A stretch of DNA of 64,000 bases, taken from assembly GCA_963786935.1 (NCBI GenBank), contig CAWBAN010000001.1:192001-256000 (forward strand), written 5' to 3'. Positions 10,883-20,556 of this stretch are shown piece after piece; the first letter of the stretch is position 1; each line of letters starts with the position of its first letter. The notes under the pieces were generated by a model. It saw only the letters and a program-made list of their open reading frames with translations. It was not told the DNA's origin and made no database searches. The translations under genes were made by a program, and so were the position numbers. This DNA comes from an uncultured bacterium (GTDB taxonomy: Bacteria; Krumholzibacteriota; Krumholzibacteriia; Krumholzibacteriales; Krumholzibacteriaceae).

Positions 10883-11770
10883 ATGAACGAGTACGACGAA
10901 GAACGCTCGATCGCGCCGGCGCCCCGGGGCCTCTGGTCGGCGGGATGGAAGCGCTTCCGCCGGAACCGGTTCGGCATGGCGGGGGCGCTGGTCGTGCTTG
11001 CGCTCTATCTCGTCGCGATCGCAGCACCGCTCCTGACGCCGTACGATCCGATCGCGCAGGGGGACGTGCCGCGGATGCGCTACGTCGCGCCGTGCCCGGA
11101 GCATCCGCTCGGCACCGACAAGTTCGGGCGGGACGTGTTCGCCCGGGTCGTGTACGGCTCGCGCATCTCGCTCACGATCGGATTGCTCGCCGCCGCGATC
11201 ACCGTGATCCTCGGCTCGATCGTGGGGGCGGCGGCGGGCTACTTCGGCGGGGCGGTCGACGCGATTCTCATGCGGATCGTCGACGCGCTGCTGTCGATCC
11301 CGCGGCTCTTCCTGCTCCTCACCTGCGTGGCGCTCTTCTCCGGATCGGTGTGGCTCATCGTCGTGCTGCTCGGGGCGACCGGCTGGATGGCGACCGCGCG
11401 CCTCGTGCGCGCGCAGGTGCTCGCGCTCAAGAATCTCGACTACGTGAAGGCCGCCGAGGCGCTCGGCGCGCGGGGGCGGGGCGTGATCTGGCGGCACCTC
11501 ATTCCGAACACGATGAGCGTCATCATCGTCGCGGCGACGCTGCGGATCGGCGGGATCATCCTCGCCGAGGCGTCCCTCGGCTTCCTCGGGCTCGGCGTGC
11601 CGCCGCCGGCGCCGAGCTGGGGCCAGATGGTGTTCGAGGGACGTGAGACGCTGCTGGGTGCCTGGTGGCTTTCGACCTTTCCAGGAATCGCGATTGCTGT
11701 TACCGTGATCGGGTTCAATCTCCTCGGCGACGCGCTGAAAGACGCGTTCGATCCGAGACAGATCGTGTGA
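10883..11770 (+). CDS. oppC: Oligopeptide/dipeptide ABC transporter permease (OppC/DppC family)
   Basis: HPLGTDKFGRD, YVKAAEALGA, EASLGFLGLG and PSWG motifs. Confidence 0.9.
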   Translation: MNEYDEERSIAPAPRGLWSAGWKRFRRNRFGMAGALVVLALYLVAIAAPLLTPYDPIAQGDVPRMRYVAPCPEHPLGTDKFGRDVFARVVYGSRISLTIGLLAAAITVILGSIVGAAAGYFGGAVDAILMRIVDALLSIPRLFLLLTCVALFSGSVWLIVVLLGATGWMATARLVRAQVLALKNLDYVKAAEALGARGRGVIWRHLIPNTMSVIIVAATLRIGGIILAEASLGFLGLGVPPPAPSWGQMVFEGRETLLGAWWLSTFPGIAIAVTVIGFNLLGDALKDAFDPRQIV

Positions 11771-11822
11771 CGCGCTGCGCGCGCGAGCGGGGCGCCCGGC
11801 CGCTCCCCCCGCGCCTGAAGGT

Positions 11823-12788
11823 ATGGAAACGCTGCTCAAGGTGGACAATCTCCGGACGGTCTTCGAGACGGCGCAGGGGATCGCGCGCGTCGTCGACGGG
11901 GTAGGCTTCGATATCGCGCCCGCGGAAGCGGTCGGGCTCGTCGGCGAGTCGGGCTGCGGGAAGAGCATGACGGCCCTCTCGATCATGCGTCTCGTCTCGG
12001 CTCCCGGCCGGATCGACGGAGGCTCGATCCTTTTCGAGGGGCGCGACCTCCTCGCGCTCCCCGAGAAGGAGATGCGGCGCGTTCGGGGTAACAAGATATC
12101 GATCGTGTTCCAGGAGCCTCTCACGAGCCTCAATCCGGTGTTCACCTGCGGGGAGCAGGTGCGCGAGGCGATCGCCCTGCACCAGAAGCTCTCCCGGGCC
12201 GATTCGAAGGCGAAGGCGATCGAGATGCTCCGGCTCGTGCGGATTCCCGATCCCGAAAAACGCTACGGCGCCTATCCGCACCAGATGAGCGGCGGGATGC
12301 GCCAGCGCGTGATGATCGCGATGGCGCTGAGCTGCGAGCCCCGGCTCCTCCTCGCGGACGAGCCGACGAGCGCGCTCGACGTGTCGGTGCAGGGGCAGAT
12401 CATCGAGCTCCTCGCGGATCTCCGCGATTCGATGCGGATGGCGGTGCTCCTCATCACGCACGACCTCGCCGTCGTCGCGCAGATGGCGAGCCGCGTCCTC
12501 GTCATGTACGCCGGGGTGATCGTCGAGGAGGCCCCGGTCGGTCCGCTCTTCGCGTGCCCCGCCCACCCGTACACGGAGGGGCTCCTCGGCTCGATCGCGA
12601 AGCTCGGGCGCGCCGCGGGGAGGCTCGCGATGATTCCGGGAAACGTGCCCGATCCGTTCGGGCTTCCGCCGGGCTGCCGGTTCAGCGACCGGTGCCCGAA
12701 GCGGTTCGAGAAATGCTCCGCGGCGGAGCCGCCGCTCATCGAGGTGTCGCCGGGGCGCCGCGCGCGCTGCTGGCTGTGCGGAGGATGA
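11823..12788 (+). CDS. oppD: Oligopeptide ABC transporter ATP-binding protein (OppD/DppD)
   Basis: GESGCGKS, YPHQMSGGMRQR, HPYT and C-terminal GCRFSDRC..C..C cysteine motif. Confidence 0.92.
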   Translation: METLLKVDNLRTVFETAQGIARVVDGVGFDIAPAEAVGLVGESGCGKSMTALSIMRLVSAPGRIDGGSILFEGRDLLALPEKEMRRVRGNKISIVFQEPLTSLNPVFTCGEQVREAIALHQKLSRADSKAKAIEMLRLVRIPDPEKRYGAYPHQMSGGMRQRVMIAMALSCEPRLLLADEPTSALDVSVQGQIIELLADLRDSMRMAVLLITHDLAVVAQMASRVLVMYAGVIVEEAPVGPLFACPAHPYTEGLLGSIAKLGRAAGRLAMIPGNVPDPFGLPPGCRFSDRCPKRFEKCSAAEPPLIEVSPGRRARCWLCGG

Positions 12789-13771
12789 CGATGGAGATCT
12801 TCAGGGCGCAGGAGATCCGGAAGTACTACCGCTCGTCGGCGGGGCTCTTCTTCGGGAGCAGTACCGTCGTGAAGGCGGTCGACGGCGTCGACGTCACCCT
12901 CGAGCGCGGCGCCACGCTCGGGCTCGTCGGCGAGTCCGGCTGCGGCAAGAGCACGCTGGCGCGCGTCCTCATCCGCCTCGAGGAGCCGACGGCGGGGACG
13001 ATCGCGCTCGGGGGGGAGGATTTCCTCGCCCTCAGGGGGAAGGAGCTCCGCGCCGCGAGACGGCGGATACAGATGGTGTTCCAGGATCCCTACTCCTCCC
13101 TCAATCCCCGTCTCAGCGTGGGGAGCACGATCGCCGAGGGAATCCGGATTCACAAGCTCGCCCGGGGAGCCGCGGTGAAAGAGCGCGTCGCGCAGCTCCT
13201 CGACCGGGTCGGACTGCCCGCGTCGGCGGCCTCGAAGTATCCGCACGAGTTCTCGGGAGGCCAGCGGCAGCGCATCGGCATCGCGCGCTCGCTCGCCGTC
13301 GAGCCCGAGGTGCTCATCGCGGACGAGCCCGTGAGCGCCCTCGACGTGAGCGTCCGCGCGCAGATACTCAACCTGCTGAAGGACCTCCAGCGCGATATGG
13401 GGCTGACCTACCTCTTCATCGCCCACGATCTCGGGATCGTCGAGCACATGAGCGACGCGGTGGCGGTGATGTACTGCGGGAAAATAGTCGAGCGGGCGAC
13501 GACGGCGGAGCTGTTCCGGGAACCGCTGCATCCCTACACGGAGGGGCTCATCGCCTCGGTGCCCGTCGCCGATCCGTCGGGCGCGCGGGTCCGGGCGGCG
13601 ATTCCGGGGGACGTGCCGAGCCCCGTGCACATCCCGCCCGGCTGCGCGTTCAACCCGCGGTGCCCGCGCGTGATGGACATCTGTCGCCTCCAGCGTCCCG
13701 AGCTCGTCGAGATCCGCCCCGGACGCGCGGTGCGCTGCTGGCTCCGCGTCCCCCACGGAGAGCCGCGATGA
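12785..13771 (+). CDS. oppF: Oligopeptide ABC transporter ATP-binding protein (OppF/DppF)
   Basis: KAVDGV, GESGCGKS, YPHEFSGGQRQRI, HPYT and GCAFNPRC motifs. Start at ATG 12785 or 12791. Confidence 0.92.
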   Translation: MTMEIFRAQEIRKYYRSSAGLFFGSSTVVKAVDGVDVTLERGATLGLVGESGCGKSTLARVLIRLEEPTAGTIALGGEDFLALRGKELRAARRRIQMVFQDPYSSLNPRLSVGSTIAEGIRIHKLARGAAVKERVAQLLDRVGLPASAASKYPHEFSGGQRQRIGIARSLAVEPEVLIADEPVSALDVSVRAQILNLLKDLQRDMGLTYLFIAHDLGIVEHMSDAVAVMYCGKIVERATTAELFREPLHPYTEGLIASVPVADPSGARVRAAIPGDVPSPVHIPPGCAFNPRCPRVMDICRLQRPELVEIRPGRAVRCWLRVPHGEPR

Positions 13772-13810
13772 TCGGGGGCGCCGGGAGCCTCCATCCCGGC
13801 GGCTTTTCAT

Positions 13811-13839
13811 TTGACATGCGGCCTGCCCTGCCCTAAATT
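13811..13839 (+). promoter_or_regulatory. Sigma70-type promoter of the V-ATPase operon
   Basis: TTGACA (13811-13816), 17-nt spacer, TAAATT (13834-13839) in an AT-rich intergenic region. Confidence 0.7.
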
Positions 13840-13935
13840 ATTAAGGTTTAACGGGTAATTTATACCCATTCCGTATATCAGGACGCGTTCATATCAATTC
13901 CAGAACACGCGAACGCCTCTTCGCAGGAGCAGCCG

Positions 13936-14253
13936 ATGATTGAGGAGCATCTGAATCTCATCCGTTCGAAGGAAGCGGAATCACGGGATCGCATCGCGGC
14001 GTCCGAGGCGGAGGCCGCCGCCCTCGTCGAGCGGGAACGCGAGAATGCCGCGAAGCTGCTCGACGAAGAGAAGCTCAAGGCCGCCGAGCTCGAACGCTCG
14101 CTCCTCGCCGCCGCGCGGCGGAACGCCGATCAGAGGATTTCGGCGCTCCGCGCCGAGAACGCAAAGAAGCTCGCCGGGCTCGCCGTTCTCGCCAGAAAAA
14201 ACTACGAGAAGGCGATCGATGCGATTCTGAAGGAGTTCCGCGAGGACGTCTAG
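13936..14253 (+). CDS. A/V-type ATPase peripheral stalk subunit H/G
   Basis: 105-aa Ala/Glu/Arg-rich coiled-coil protein, first gene of the operon and directly before subunit I. Confidence 0.75.
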   Translation: MIEEHLNLIRSKEAESRDRIAASEAEAAALVERERENAAKLLDEEKLKAAELERSLLAAARRNADQRISALRAENAKKLAGLAVLARKNYEKAIDAILKEFREDV

Positions 14254-14301
14254 ATTCGCATTCGCGCGCCTCGTTTTTCGGGTCGTTCGGGAGAGAATTC
14301 C

Positions 14302-16275
14302 ATGGCCGTCAGCCGAATGCTGAAAGCCCAGCTGATCGTCCACGCCGCGGTGAAGGATGAGGTCACGGCGTTTCTGCGCGAGGCGGGCGTCGTCGAGATC
14401 ACCGACGTATCGCTCGAGGGATTCCGCGGGGGGATCGACGAGGAAGGGACGGGGCGTTTCGCCCGGCTCGCCGAGCGGGCCGATTCGGCGATCCGTTTTC
14501 TCGATACGTACACGAAGAAGCTCACCTTCGCGGAGCGTCTCCGCAGCGGCCCGCTGCGCGTCTCCGCGGCCGACGTCGAGAAGGCGATGGCCGCCGTCGA
14601 CGTCGAGCAGGCGGCCCGGCGCTGCGCGGATCTCGAAGCCGAGATGCGGAAATGCGGCGACGAGCTCGCGTGGAGCATGAACCTCGTCCGCGAGCTCGAG
14701 CCGTGGCGATCGATCGCGAGCCCCCTCGAGTCCCTCGCCACCGCCCGGTACGCCGTTCAATTCTGGACGTTTCCCGAGAAGGTCTTCGACGCCGCGATCG
14801 CGCAGGCGCACGCGGCGCATCCGTTCATCGAGTGGACGATCGTATCCCGCGAGGCGGGCAAGGCGTATACGGCCGTCATCGCGCCCCGGGAGGAAACCGA
14901 GCCGGTCGCCGAGATGCTCAAGCAGGCCGGGGGGGTCCGGAGCGCGTTCGAAACGCTGTCCGGCGCGCCGGCCGACATCATAGAGCGGGAAAGAGGCGGC
15001 TGGGCCTCGATCGAGGCGACGATCTCCCGGCTCGAGGGCGAGGCCCGCGAGCTCGCCGGGCTTCGGCCCGAGCTGCTCATCCTCTCCGATCATTTCCGCG
15101 AACGGCACGGGCTCCTCGAGGCCGAGCGCCACTTCCACCGCACGGAGCGCACGTTCGTGCTCGAGGGATGGATGCGCGCGGTCGACAAGCGGAGGATCGA
15201 GAAGGAGCTCGCGAAGCGATGGAGCGAGGTCGATTTCTTCACGCGGCCGCCGCGCGACGGGGAGGACCCGCCGTCAGAGCTCGAGAACAGGCCGGCCGTC
15301 AAGCCGTTCGAATTCATCATGACGCTGTACGGGAGGCCGCTCTACGGCGAGATCGATCCGACGCCGCTCTTCGCGCCGTTCTTCATCCTCTGCTTCTCGA
15401 TCTGCATGAGCGACTTCGGGTACGGGTTCCTGCTCGCCGGCCTGTGCGCGCTCTTTCTCTTCAAGTTCAGGATCCAGGGGGGGATGCGGCAGCTCTTCAC
15501 GGTGATCTTCATCGGCGCGCTCGTCACCCTCGTCGTCGGGATCCTGACCGGCGGCTACTTCGGCATAGACGCGCGGCTGCTCCCCGAATCGCTCACGAGG
15601 CTCATCCTCATCAATCCGCTCGAGGAGCCGATGCGGATGCTCAACATCGCGTTCCTCATCGGATTCGTGCATATCCTGTTCGGCATCGGGGTGAAGGCGG
15701 CGATCGATTTCCGCGCCGGCCTCTGGATGGACGCGGTCTTCGACGATATAGGCTGGATCCTCTTCCTCATCGCGCTCGCGCCGCTTTGCTTCGCGTACGT
15801 TCTCGGGGGCTCGGCGCCGGCGCCGGTGCTCTTCTGGTGCGGCCGCGCCGCCCTCGTTCTCGCCGTCGCGCTGTTCGTCACGGGGGCGCGAAAGGAGAAG
15901 AACAAGCTCGTCGGGGGCTTCAAGAGCCTCCTCAAGTTCTACAGCGTCACGGGCTATTTCTCGGACGTGCTCTCGTACGCCCGTCTCCTCGCGCTCGGGC
16001 TCGCCTCGGCCGCGATCGCCGTCGCCATCAACAGCATCGCCGATATGGTGAAGGGGCTCCCCTTCTATACAGGCTACGTCGCCGCCGTCGTCGTCCTCAT
16101 CGGAGGGCACGCGTTCAATCTCGCGGTGAACGTGCTCGGCGCCTTCGTTCACTCGGCGCGACTTCAATACCTCGAGTTCTTCAACAAGTTCTTCACGGGG
16201 GGCGGGCGCGAGTTCCGTCCCTTCAGGAGCGAACGTCGTTACACGATCGTCAGGGAAACGGGAACCAAAGTCTAA
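14302..16275 (+). CDS. ntpI: A/V-type ATPase subunit I (a)
   Basis: Soluble N-half; YGRPLYGEIDPT, SDFGYG, SDVLSYARLLALG (essential Arg) and HSARLQYLEFF motifs. Confidence 0.95.
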   Translation: MAVSRMLKAQLIVHAAVKDEVTAFLREAGVVEITDVSLEGFRGGIDEEGTGRFARLAERADSAIRFLDTYTKKLTFAERLRSGPLRVSAADVEKAMAAVDVEQAARRCADLEAEMRKCGDELAWSMNLVRELEPWRSIASPLESLATARYAVQFWTFPEKVFDAAIAQAHAAHPFIEWTIVSREAGKAYTAVIAPREETEPVAEMLKQAGGVRSAFETLSGAPADIIERERGGWASIEATISRLEGEARELAGLRPELLILSDHFRERHGLLEAERHFHRTERTFVLEGWMRAVDKRRIEKELAKRWSEVDFFTRPPRDGEDPPSELENRPAVKPFEFIMTLYGRPLYGEIDPTPLFAPFFILCFSICMSDFGYGFLLAGLCALFLFKFRIQGGMRQLFTVIFIGALVTLVVGILTGGYFGIDARLLPESLTRLILINPLEEPMRMLNIAFLIGFVHILFGIGVKAAIDFRAGLWMDAVFDDIGWILFLIALAPLCFAYVLGGSAPAPVLFWCGRAALVLAVALFVTGARKEKNKLVGGFKSLLKFYSVTGYFSDVLSYARLLALGLASAAIAVAINSIADMVKGLPFYTGYVAAVVVLIGGHAFNLAVNVLGAFVHSARLQYLEFFNKFFTGGGREFRPFRSERRYTIVRETGTKV

Positions 16276-16290
16276 CGGAAGGAGAAGGGT

Positions 16291-16767
16291 ATGCTCGGTT
16301 TCATGTTGGTGCTCCTGGGAGCCGCGCTCGCCGCGGGGCTCGCCGGGACCGGTTCGGCGGTCGGCTGCGGCATCGTCGGTATGGCGGCGAGCGGCGTGGT
16401 GAGCGAGGACCCGAGCAAGTTCGGGCGCCTGCTGCTGCTCCAGGCCCTGCCGGGGACGCAGGGTATCTACGGAATGGTGGCCCTCTTCATGATCATCAAC
16501 AAGGTCGTCGGGTGGGGCGTGCCGCTCAACGAGATTCCGGTGCGGACGGGGCTCGAAATGCTCGCGGCCGCGCTGCCGATCGCGATCGCCGGATTTTCAT
16601 CGGGAATATACCAGGGCAAGGTCTGCGCGGCGGCGTGCAGCCTCACGGCGAAACGCCCGAACGAGGTCGGCAAGGGCCTCGTCTTCGGCGTGGTCATCGA
16701 GACCTACGCGGTGCTCGGACTCCTCGCCACCATTCTCCTCCTGCAGCGGATCACCCTGCAGGCCTGA
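16291..16767 (+). CDS. ntpK: A/V-type ATPase subunit K (c), 4-TM, Na+-type
   Basis: LQALPGTQGIYG, SGIYQGKV and IETYAVLG, matching the Enterococcus hirae NtpK pattern. Confidence 0.95.
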   Translation: MLGFMLVLLGAALAAGLAGTGSAVGCGIVGMAASGVVSEDPSKFGRLLLLQALPGTQGIYGMVALFMIINKVVGWGVPLNEIPVRTGLEMLAAALPIAIAGFSSGIYQGKVCAAACSLTAKRPNEVGKGLVFGVVIETYAVLGLLATILLLQRITLQA

Positions 16768-16791
16768 TTTCGCGACTGACAGGAAGGCACC

Positions 16792-17382
16792 ATGTCGATC
16801 GAGAACATCGTGAAGCGAATCGATGAAGAGACCGGCGCGGCGGTCGCCGGGATCCTCGGCGCGGCCGGGGAGCGCGCCGCCGCCGTCGGCGACGAAGCCG
16901 CCCGTGCGGGCGAGAAGCTCCGCGGCGAGCTCGAAGCGCGCGCGCGCGCGAAGGCAGGCGACGAAGAGCGGCGGCTCATCGTCGGCGAAGAGCTCGAGCT
17001 CCGCAAGGCCGCCCTCGTGCGCAAGCGCGAGATTCTCGGCGAGGTGTACGCCGAGGCGCGGAAGCGGATCGAGCACCTCACGCCGGACGAATATCTGAAG
17101 CTCATGGCGGCGCTCATCCTGAAGAACGCGGTTTCGGGGCGCGAGGAGATCGTCGTTCCCGCCGCGCAGCGGGGCATGTTCGACGCGGCGTTCGTCGACG
17201 CGTTGAACCGCGCGCGCGGCGCGGGCGCGGCGTTTTCGCTCGCCGGAACCCCCGGAGACTTCGCGTGGGGGGTCGTCCTGCGCGAGGGACAGCGCCGGGT
17301 CGATCTTACGCTCGACGTGATTTTCAGGCAGCTCGCGGAGCGCGTCGAATCAGCCGTCGCCGGGCTCCTGTTCCCCGGGTAG
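16792..17382 (+). CDS. ntpE: A/V-type ATPase subunit E
   Basis: MSIENIVKRI N-terminal coiled coil, C-terminal GVVL..G...VDLTL motif, and operon position. Confidence 0.85.
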   Translation: MSIENIVKRIDEETGAAVAGILGAAGERAAAVGDEAARAGEKLRGELEARARAKAGDEERRLIVGEELELRKAALVRKREILGEVYAEARKRIEHLTPDEYLKLMAALILKNAVSGREEIVVPAAQRGMFDAAFVDALNRARGAGAAFSLAGTPGDFAWGVVLREGQRRVDLTLDVIFRQLAERVESAVAGLLFPG

Positions 17383-17392
17383 AGGAGAACGC

Positions 17393-18361
17393 GTGGCCGA
17401 GGACTATACATACATCGTCTCGCGGCTTCGCTCGCTCGAGGCGCTCATGCCGGAGCGGGCGTGGTTCGAGCGGCTCGCGCGAACGCCCGAGGAGAATCTG
17501 CTCGTGGCGCTCAGGGAGCTGTACCCCGGCTTCGAAGCGATCGGTTCCGCCCATGATTTCGAGCGGGCCCTCGAGGCCGAGAAGCTCTCGGTCCTCGAGC
17601 TCGTCACGGGGCTCCTCCGGGACGAACGGCCGCGGATGTTCCTCAGGGGCGGGTACGATTTCGACAACTGCACGCACGCGTGGAAGGCCGCGCGGCTCGG
17701 CGCCCGGGGCGCGCTCGTCCCGTTCGGACTCTGCTCCCCGCATGACGTCGAGGAGACGGTGGCGGGGAAGACGCGCGGCGCGCTCCCGCCGCGCCTCGAG
17801 GAGCACCTCGCCGCGCTCGAGGCGCGGTACGAGGAGACGAAGAGCCTCGCCGCGTGCGAATACGCGGGAGAGGCCGCGAAGTGGCGGTTTCTCTTCGAGA
17901 CGGCGCCCGGGGACGAGGCGTCGGCGTATCTGCGCTGCAAGGTCGATCTGATCAATATCAAGACCTGCATCCGGCTCAGGCGGACGGCGCTCCGCGCCGA
18001 ATCGCTCGAGACGGTCTGGCTCGCCGGCGGGGACGTCGAGACGGCGCGGCTCGCCGGATTCGTCCGCGAGGGGGAGGAAGCGCTCGTCTCGTACCTCGCG
18101 ACGAGCGTCCATGCGCGGCTCGTCGGCCTCGGCCTCTCGCGGGAAACGCCGACGTGGAAGATCGATCCGATCCTGCGCCGCGCGCTCATGGAATTTCTGG
18201 GGGAAAGCCGCTACCGGTTCTTCGATTTCTCCCCCGTGCTCTACCATATCGAGCTGCGGGAGCGCGATCTCGACATCCTGCGGCGCATCGTGGTGGGACG
18301 GCTCAACCGGCTCGGCGAGGAGGCGACGCTCGAGCGCTTGAACGCGCTCCGCGCGTCGTGA
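17393..18361 (+). CDS. ntpC: A/V-type ATPase subunit C
   Basis: YTYIVSRLRSLE N-terminus, YDFDN and VDLINIK motifs; 322 aa; sits between E and F. Confidence 0.85.
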   Translation: MAEDYTYIVSRLRSLEALMPERAWFERLARTPEENLLVALRELYPGFEAIGSAHDFERALEAEKLSVLELVTGLLRDERPRMFLRGGYDFDNCTHAWKAARLGARGALVPFGLCSPHDVEETVAGKTRGALPPRLEEHLAALEARYEETKSLAACEYAGEAAKWRFLFETAPGDEASAYLRCKVDLINIKTCIRLRRTALRAESLETVWLAGGDVETARLAGFVREGEEALVSYLATSVHARLVGLGLSRETPTWKIDPILRRALMEFLGESRYRFFDFSPVLYHIELRERDLDILRRIVVGRLNRLGEEATLERLNALRAS

Positions 18362-18380
18362 AGGAAAGGGAGGACCCGTC

Positions 18381-18725
18381 GTGTCGAAGGACATCGCGGT
18401 GATCGGCCATTCCGATTCGATCGAGTACTTCCGCGTGCTCGGCTGCGAGACGTACGAGACGAAGGACGGCGTCCTCACGCAGGAGCAGTTCGACGAGGTC
18501 GTCAAGCGCAGATTCAAGATCATCCTCGTGACCGAGGAGGTCTTTCACGAGTACCGGGATATCATTCGCCGGAGAACGCTCCGCATGTTCCCCGTGGTGA
18601 CGATCATCCCCGACATCAGGGGCGCCGCGTGGACGAAGGACGGTCCCGCCTCGAGCGGAGTCGCCCTCGAGGAGGTCCGCATGGCGGTGGTGAAGGCGAT
18701 CGGGCAGGATATCTCGGGGACGTAG
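18381..18725 (+). CDS. atpF: A/V-type ATPase subunit F
   Basis: IAVIG..DSIEYFRVLG, IILVTE, PVVTIIP and KAIGQDI motifs. Confidence 0.9.
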   Translation: MSKDIAVIGHSDSIEYFRVLGCETYETKDGVLTQEQFDEVVKRRFKIILVTEEVFHEYRDIIRRRTLRMFPVVTIIPDIRGAAWTKDGPASSGVALEEVRMAVVKAIGQDISGT

Positions 18726-18767
18726 CGGCCGCGCGGCCGATCCGAGAATGGAGGAGTCGGTAGAATT

Positions 18768-20552
18768 ATGGCGGTAGGAAGAATCGTCAAGGTTTCGGGC
18801 CCCCTCATCGTGGCGGAGGGCATGAAGGACGCCAAGATGTTCGAGCTGGCCCGCGTGAGCGAGAAGAAGCTCATCGGCGAGATCATTGAGCTCCACGGCG
18901 ACGAGGCGTACATCCAGGTCTACGAGGACACGTCGGGGCTCGGCCCCGGCGAGATCGTCGAATCGACCGGAGCGCCGCTGTCGATCGAGCTCGGGCCGGG
19001 GCTCCTCGAGTCGATCTATGACGGGATCCAGCGCCCGCTCGACGTCGTCTACGCGCGCTCGGGGCATTACATGGCGCGCGGCATCAATCTGCCGGGCCTC
19101 GACCGCGCGAAGAAATGGGCGTTCACGCCGAACGGGAGCCTCAAGGCGGGCGAGACGGTGGAGCCGGGGGACCTCCTCGGCGAGATCGCGGAGACGGAGC
19201 TCATCGTGCACCGCGTCATGGTGCCGCCGACGATCAAGCGGGGCACGCTCGTCCGCGCGCCCGAGAAGGGCTCGTTCACCGTCGAGGAGACGATCGCCGA
19301 GATCAAGACCGAAGACGGCGTCGTGCCGGTCTCCCTCATGCACCGATGGCCGGTGCGGACGCCGCGCCCCGTCGTGAAGAAGCTCATGCCCGAGCGGCCG
19401 CTCGTCACCGGGCAGCGCGTCATCGACACGCTCTTCCCGATCAGCCAGGGAGGCACGGCGTGCGTGCCCGGGCCCTTCGGGGCGGGGAAGACGGTCATCC
19501 AGCACCAGCTCGCGAAATGGTCCGACGCGAAGATCATCGTCTACATCGGCTGCGGCGAGCGCGGAAACGAGATGACCGACGTTCTCCAGGAGTTCCCCGA
19601 GCTCAAGGATCCCGCCACGGGGCGCCCGCTCATGGAGCGCACCGTCCTCATCGCGAACACGTCGAACATGCCGGTCGCGGCGCGCGAGGCGTCCGTGTAC
19701 ACGGGCATCACGATCGCCGAGTATTTCAGGGACATGGGATACAACGTCGCCGTCATGGCCGATTCGACCTCCCGGTGGGCGGAGGCGATGCGCGAGATGT
19801 CGGGGCGCCTCGAGGAGATGCCGGGGGAGGAAGGCTATCCGGCCTACCTGCCGTCGCGCATCGCCGAGTTCTACGAGCGGTCGGGGCGCACCGTGTGCCT
19901 CGGCCGTGACGGACGGATCGGGACGCTCAGCGTCATCGGCGCCGTGTCGCCGCCCGGCGGCGATCTCTCCGATCCCGTCGTCCAGGCGACGCTCAAGGTG
20001 GTCAAGGTGTTCTGGAGCCTCGAGGACACGCTCGCCTTCGAGCGGCACTTCCCCGCGATCAGCTGGCTCACGAGCTACAGCCTCTACCACGACGCGCTCG
20101 CCGACCACTTCCGCGACGAGGTGTCGCGGGATTTCAGGGGGATGCGCATCGAGGCGATGGAGCTGCTCCAGAAGGAGGCCGAGCTCAAGGAGCTCGTGCG
20201 GCTCGTCGGCATCGACTCGCTCTCCCCGCAGGACCGGATCGTCCTCGAGACGACGAAGTCGATCCGGGAGGATTTCCTGCACCAGTCGGCCTTCGACGCC
20301 GAGGACGCCTACACGCGGCTCGCGAAGCAGCACCGCATGCTGAAGGCGATCCTCGATCTGCACCACGCGTGCATCAAGGGGATCGAGAAGCGCGTGCCGC
20401 TGAGGAAGCTCATCGAGCTGCCGGTGCGCCAGCGCATCGCGCGCATGAGGTACGTGAGCGAAAAGGACGTCGCGCAATTCGACGGGGTCGCCTCTGAAAT
20501 CGAAGAGCAGCTTGCGGCGAGCATGCAGGACAGCCGCACAGGCGAGGAGTGA
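18768..20552 (+). CDS. ntpA: A/V-type ATPase catalytic subunit A
   Basis: [32 protein letters not shown] and VSPPGGD motifs. Confidence 0.97.
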   Translation: MAVGRIVKVSGPLIVAEGMKDAKMFELARVSEKKLIGEIIELHGDEAYIQVYEDTSGLGPGEIVESTGAPLSIELGPGLLESIYDGIQRPLDVVYARSGHYMARGINLPGLDRAKKWAFTPNGSLKAGETVEPGDLLGEIAETELIVHRVMVPPTIKRGTLVRAPEKGSFTVEETIAEIKTEDGVVPVSLMHRWPVRTPRPVVKKLMPERPLVTGQRVIDTLFPISQGGTACVPGPFGAGKTVIQHQLAKWSDAKIIVYIGCGERGNEMTDVLQEFPELKDPATGRPLMERTVLIANTSNMPVAAREASVYTGITIAEYFRDMGYNVAVMADSTSRWAEAMREMSGRLEEMPGEEGYPAYLPSRIAEFYERSGRTVCLGRDGRIGTLSVIGAVSPPGGDLSDPVVQATLKVVKVFWSLEDTLAFERHFPAISWLTSYSLYHDALADHFRDEVSRDFRGMRIEAMELLQKEAELKELVRLVGIDSLSPQDRIVLETTKSIREDFLHQSAFDAEDAYTRLAKQHRMLKAILDLHHACIKGIEKRVPLRKLIELPVRQRIARMRYVSEKDVAQFDGVASEIEEQLAASMQDSRTGEE

Positions 20553-20556
20553 TACC

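Noticed and set aside
13840..13935. Known Na+ riboswitch upstream of the V-ATPase
   Set aside because: I could not match the sequence to the known motif by eye; only a short inverted repeat is retained as a weak finding.
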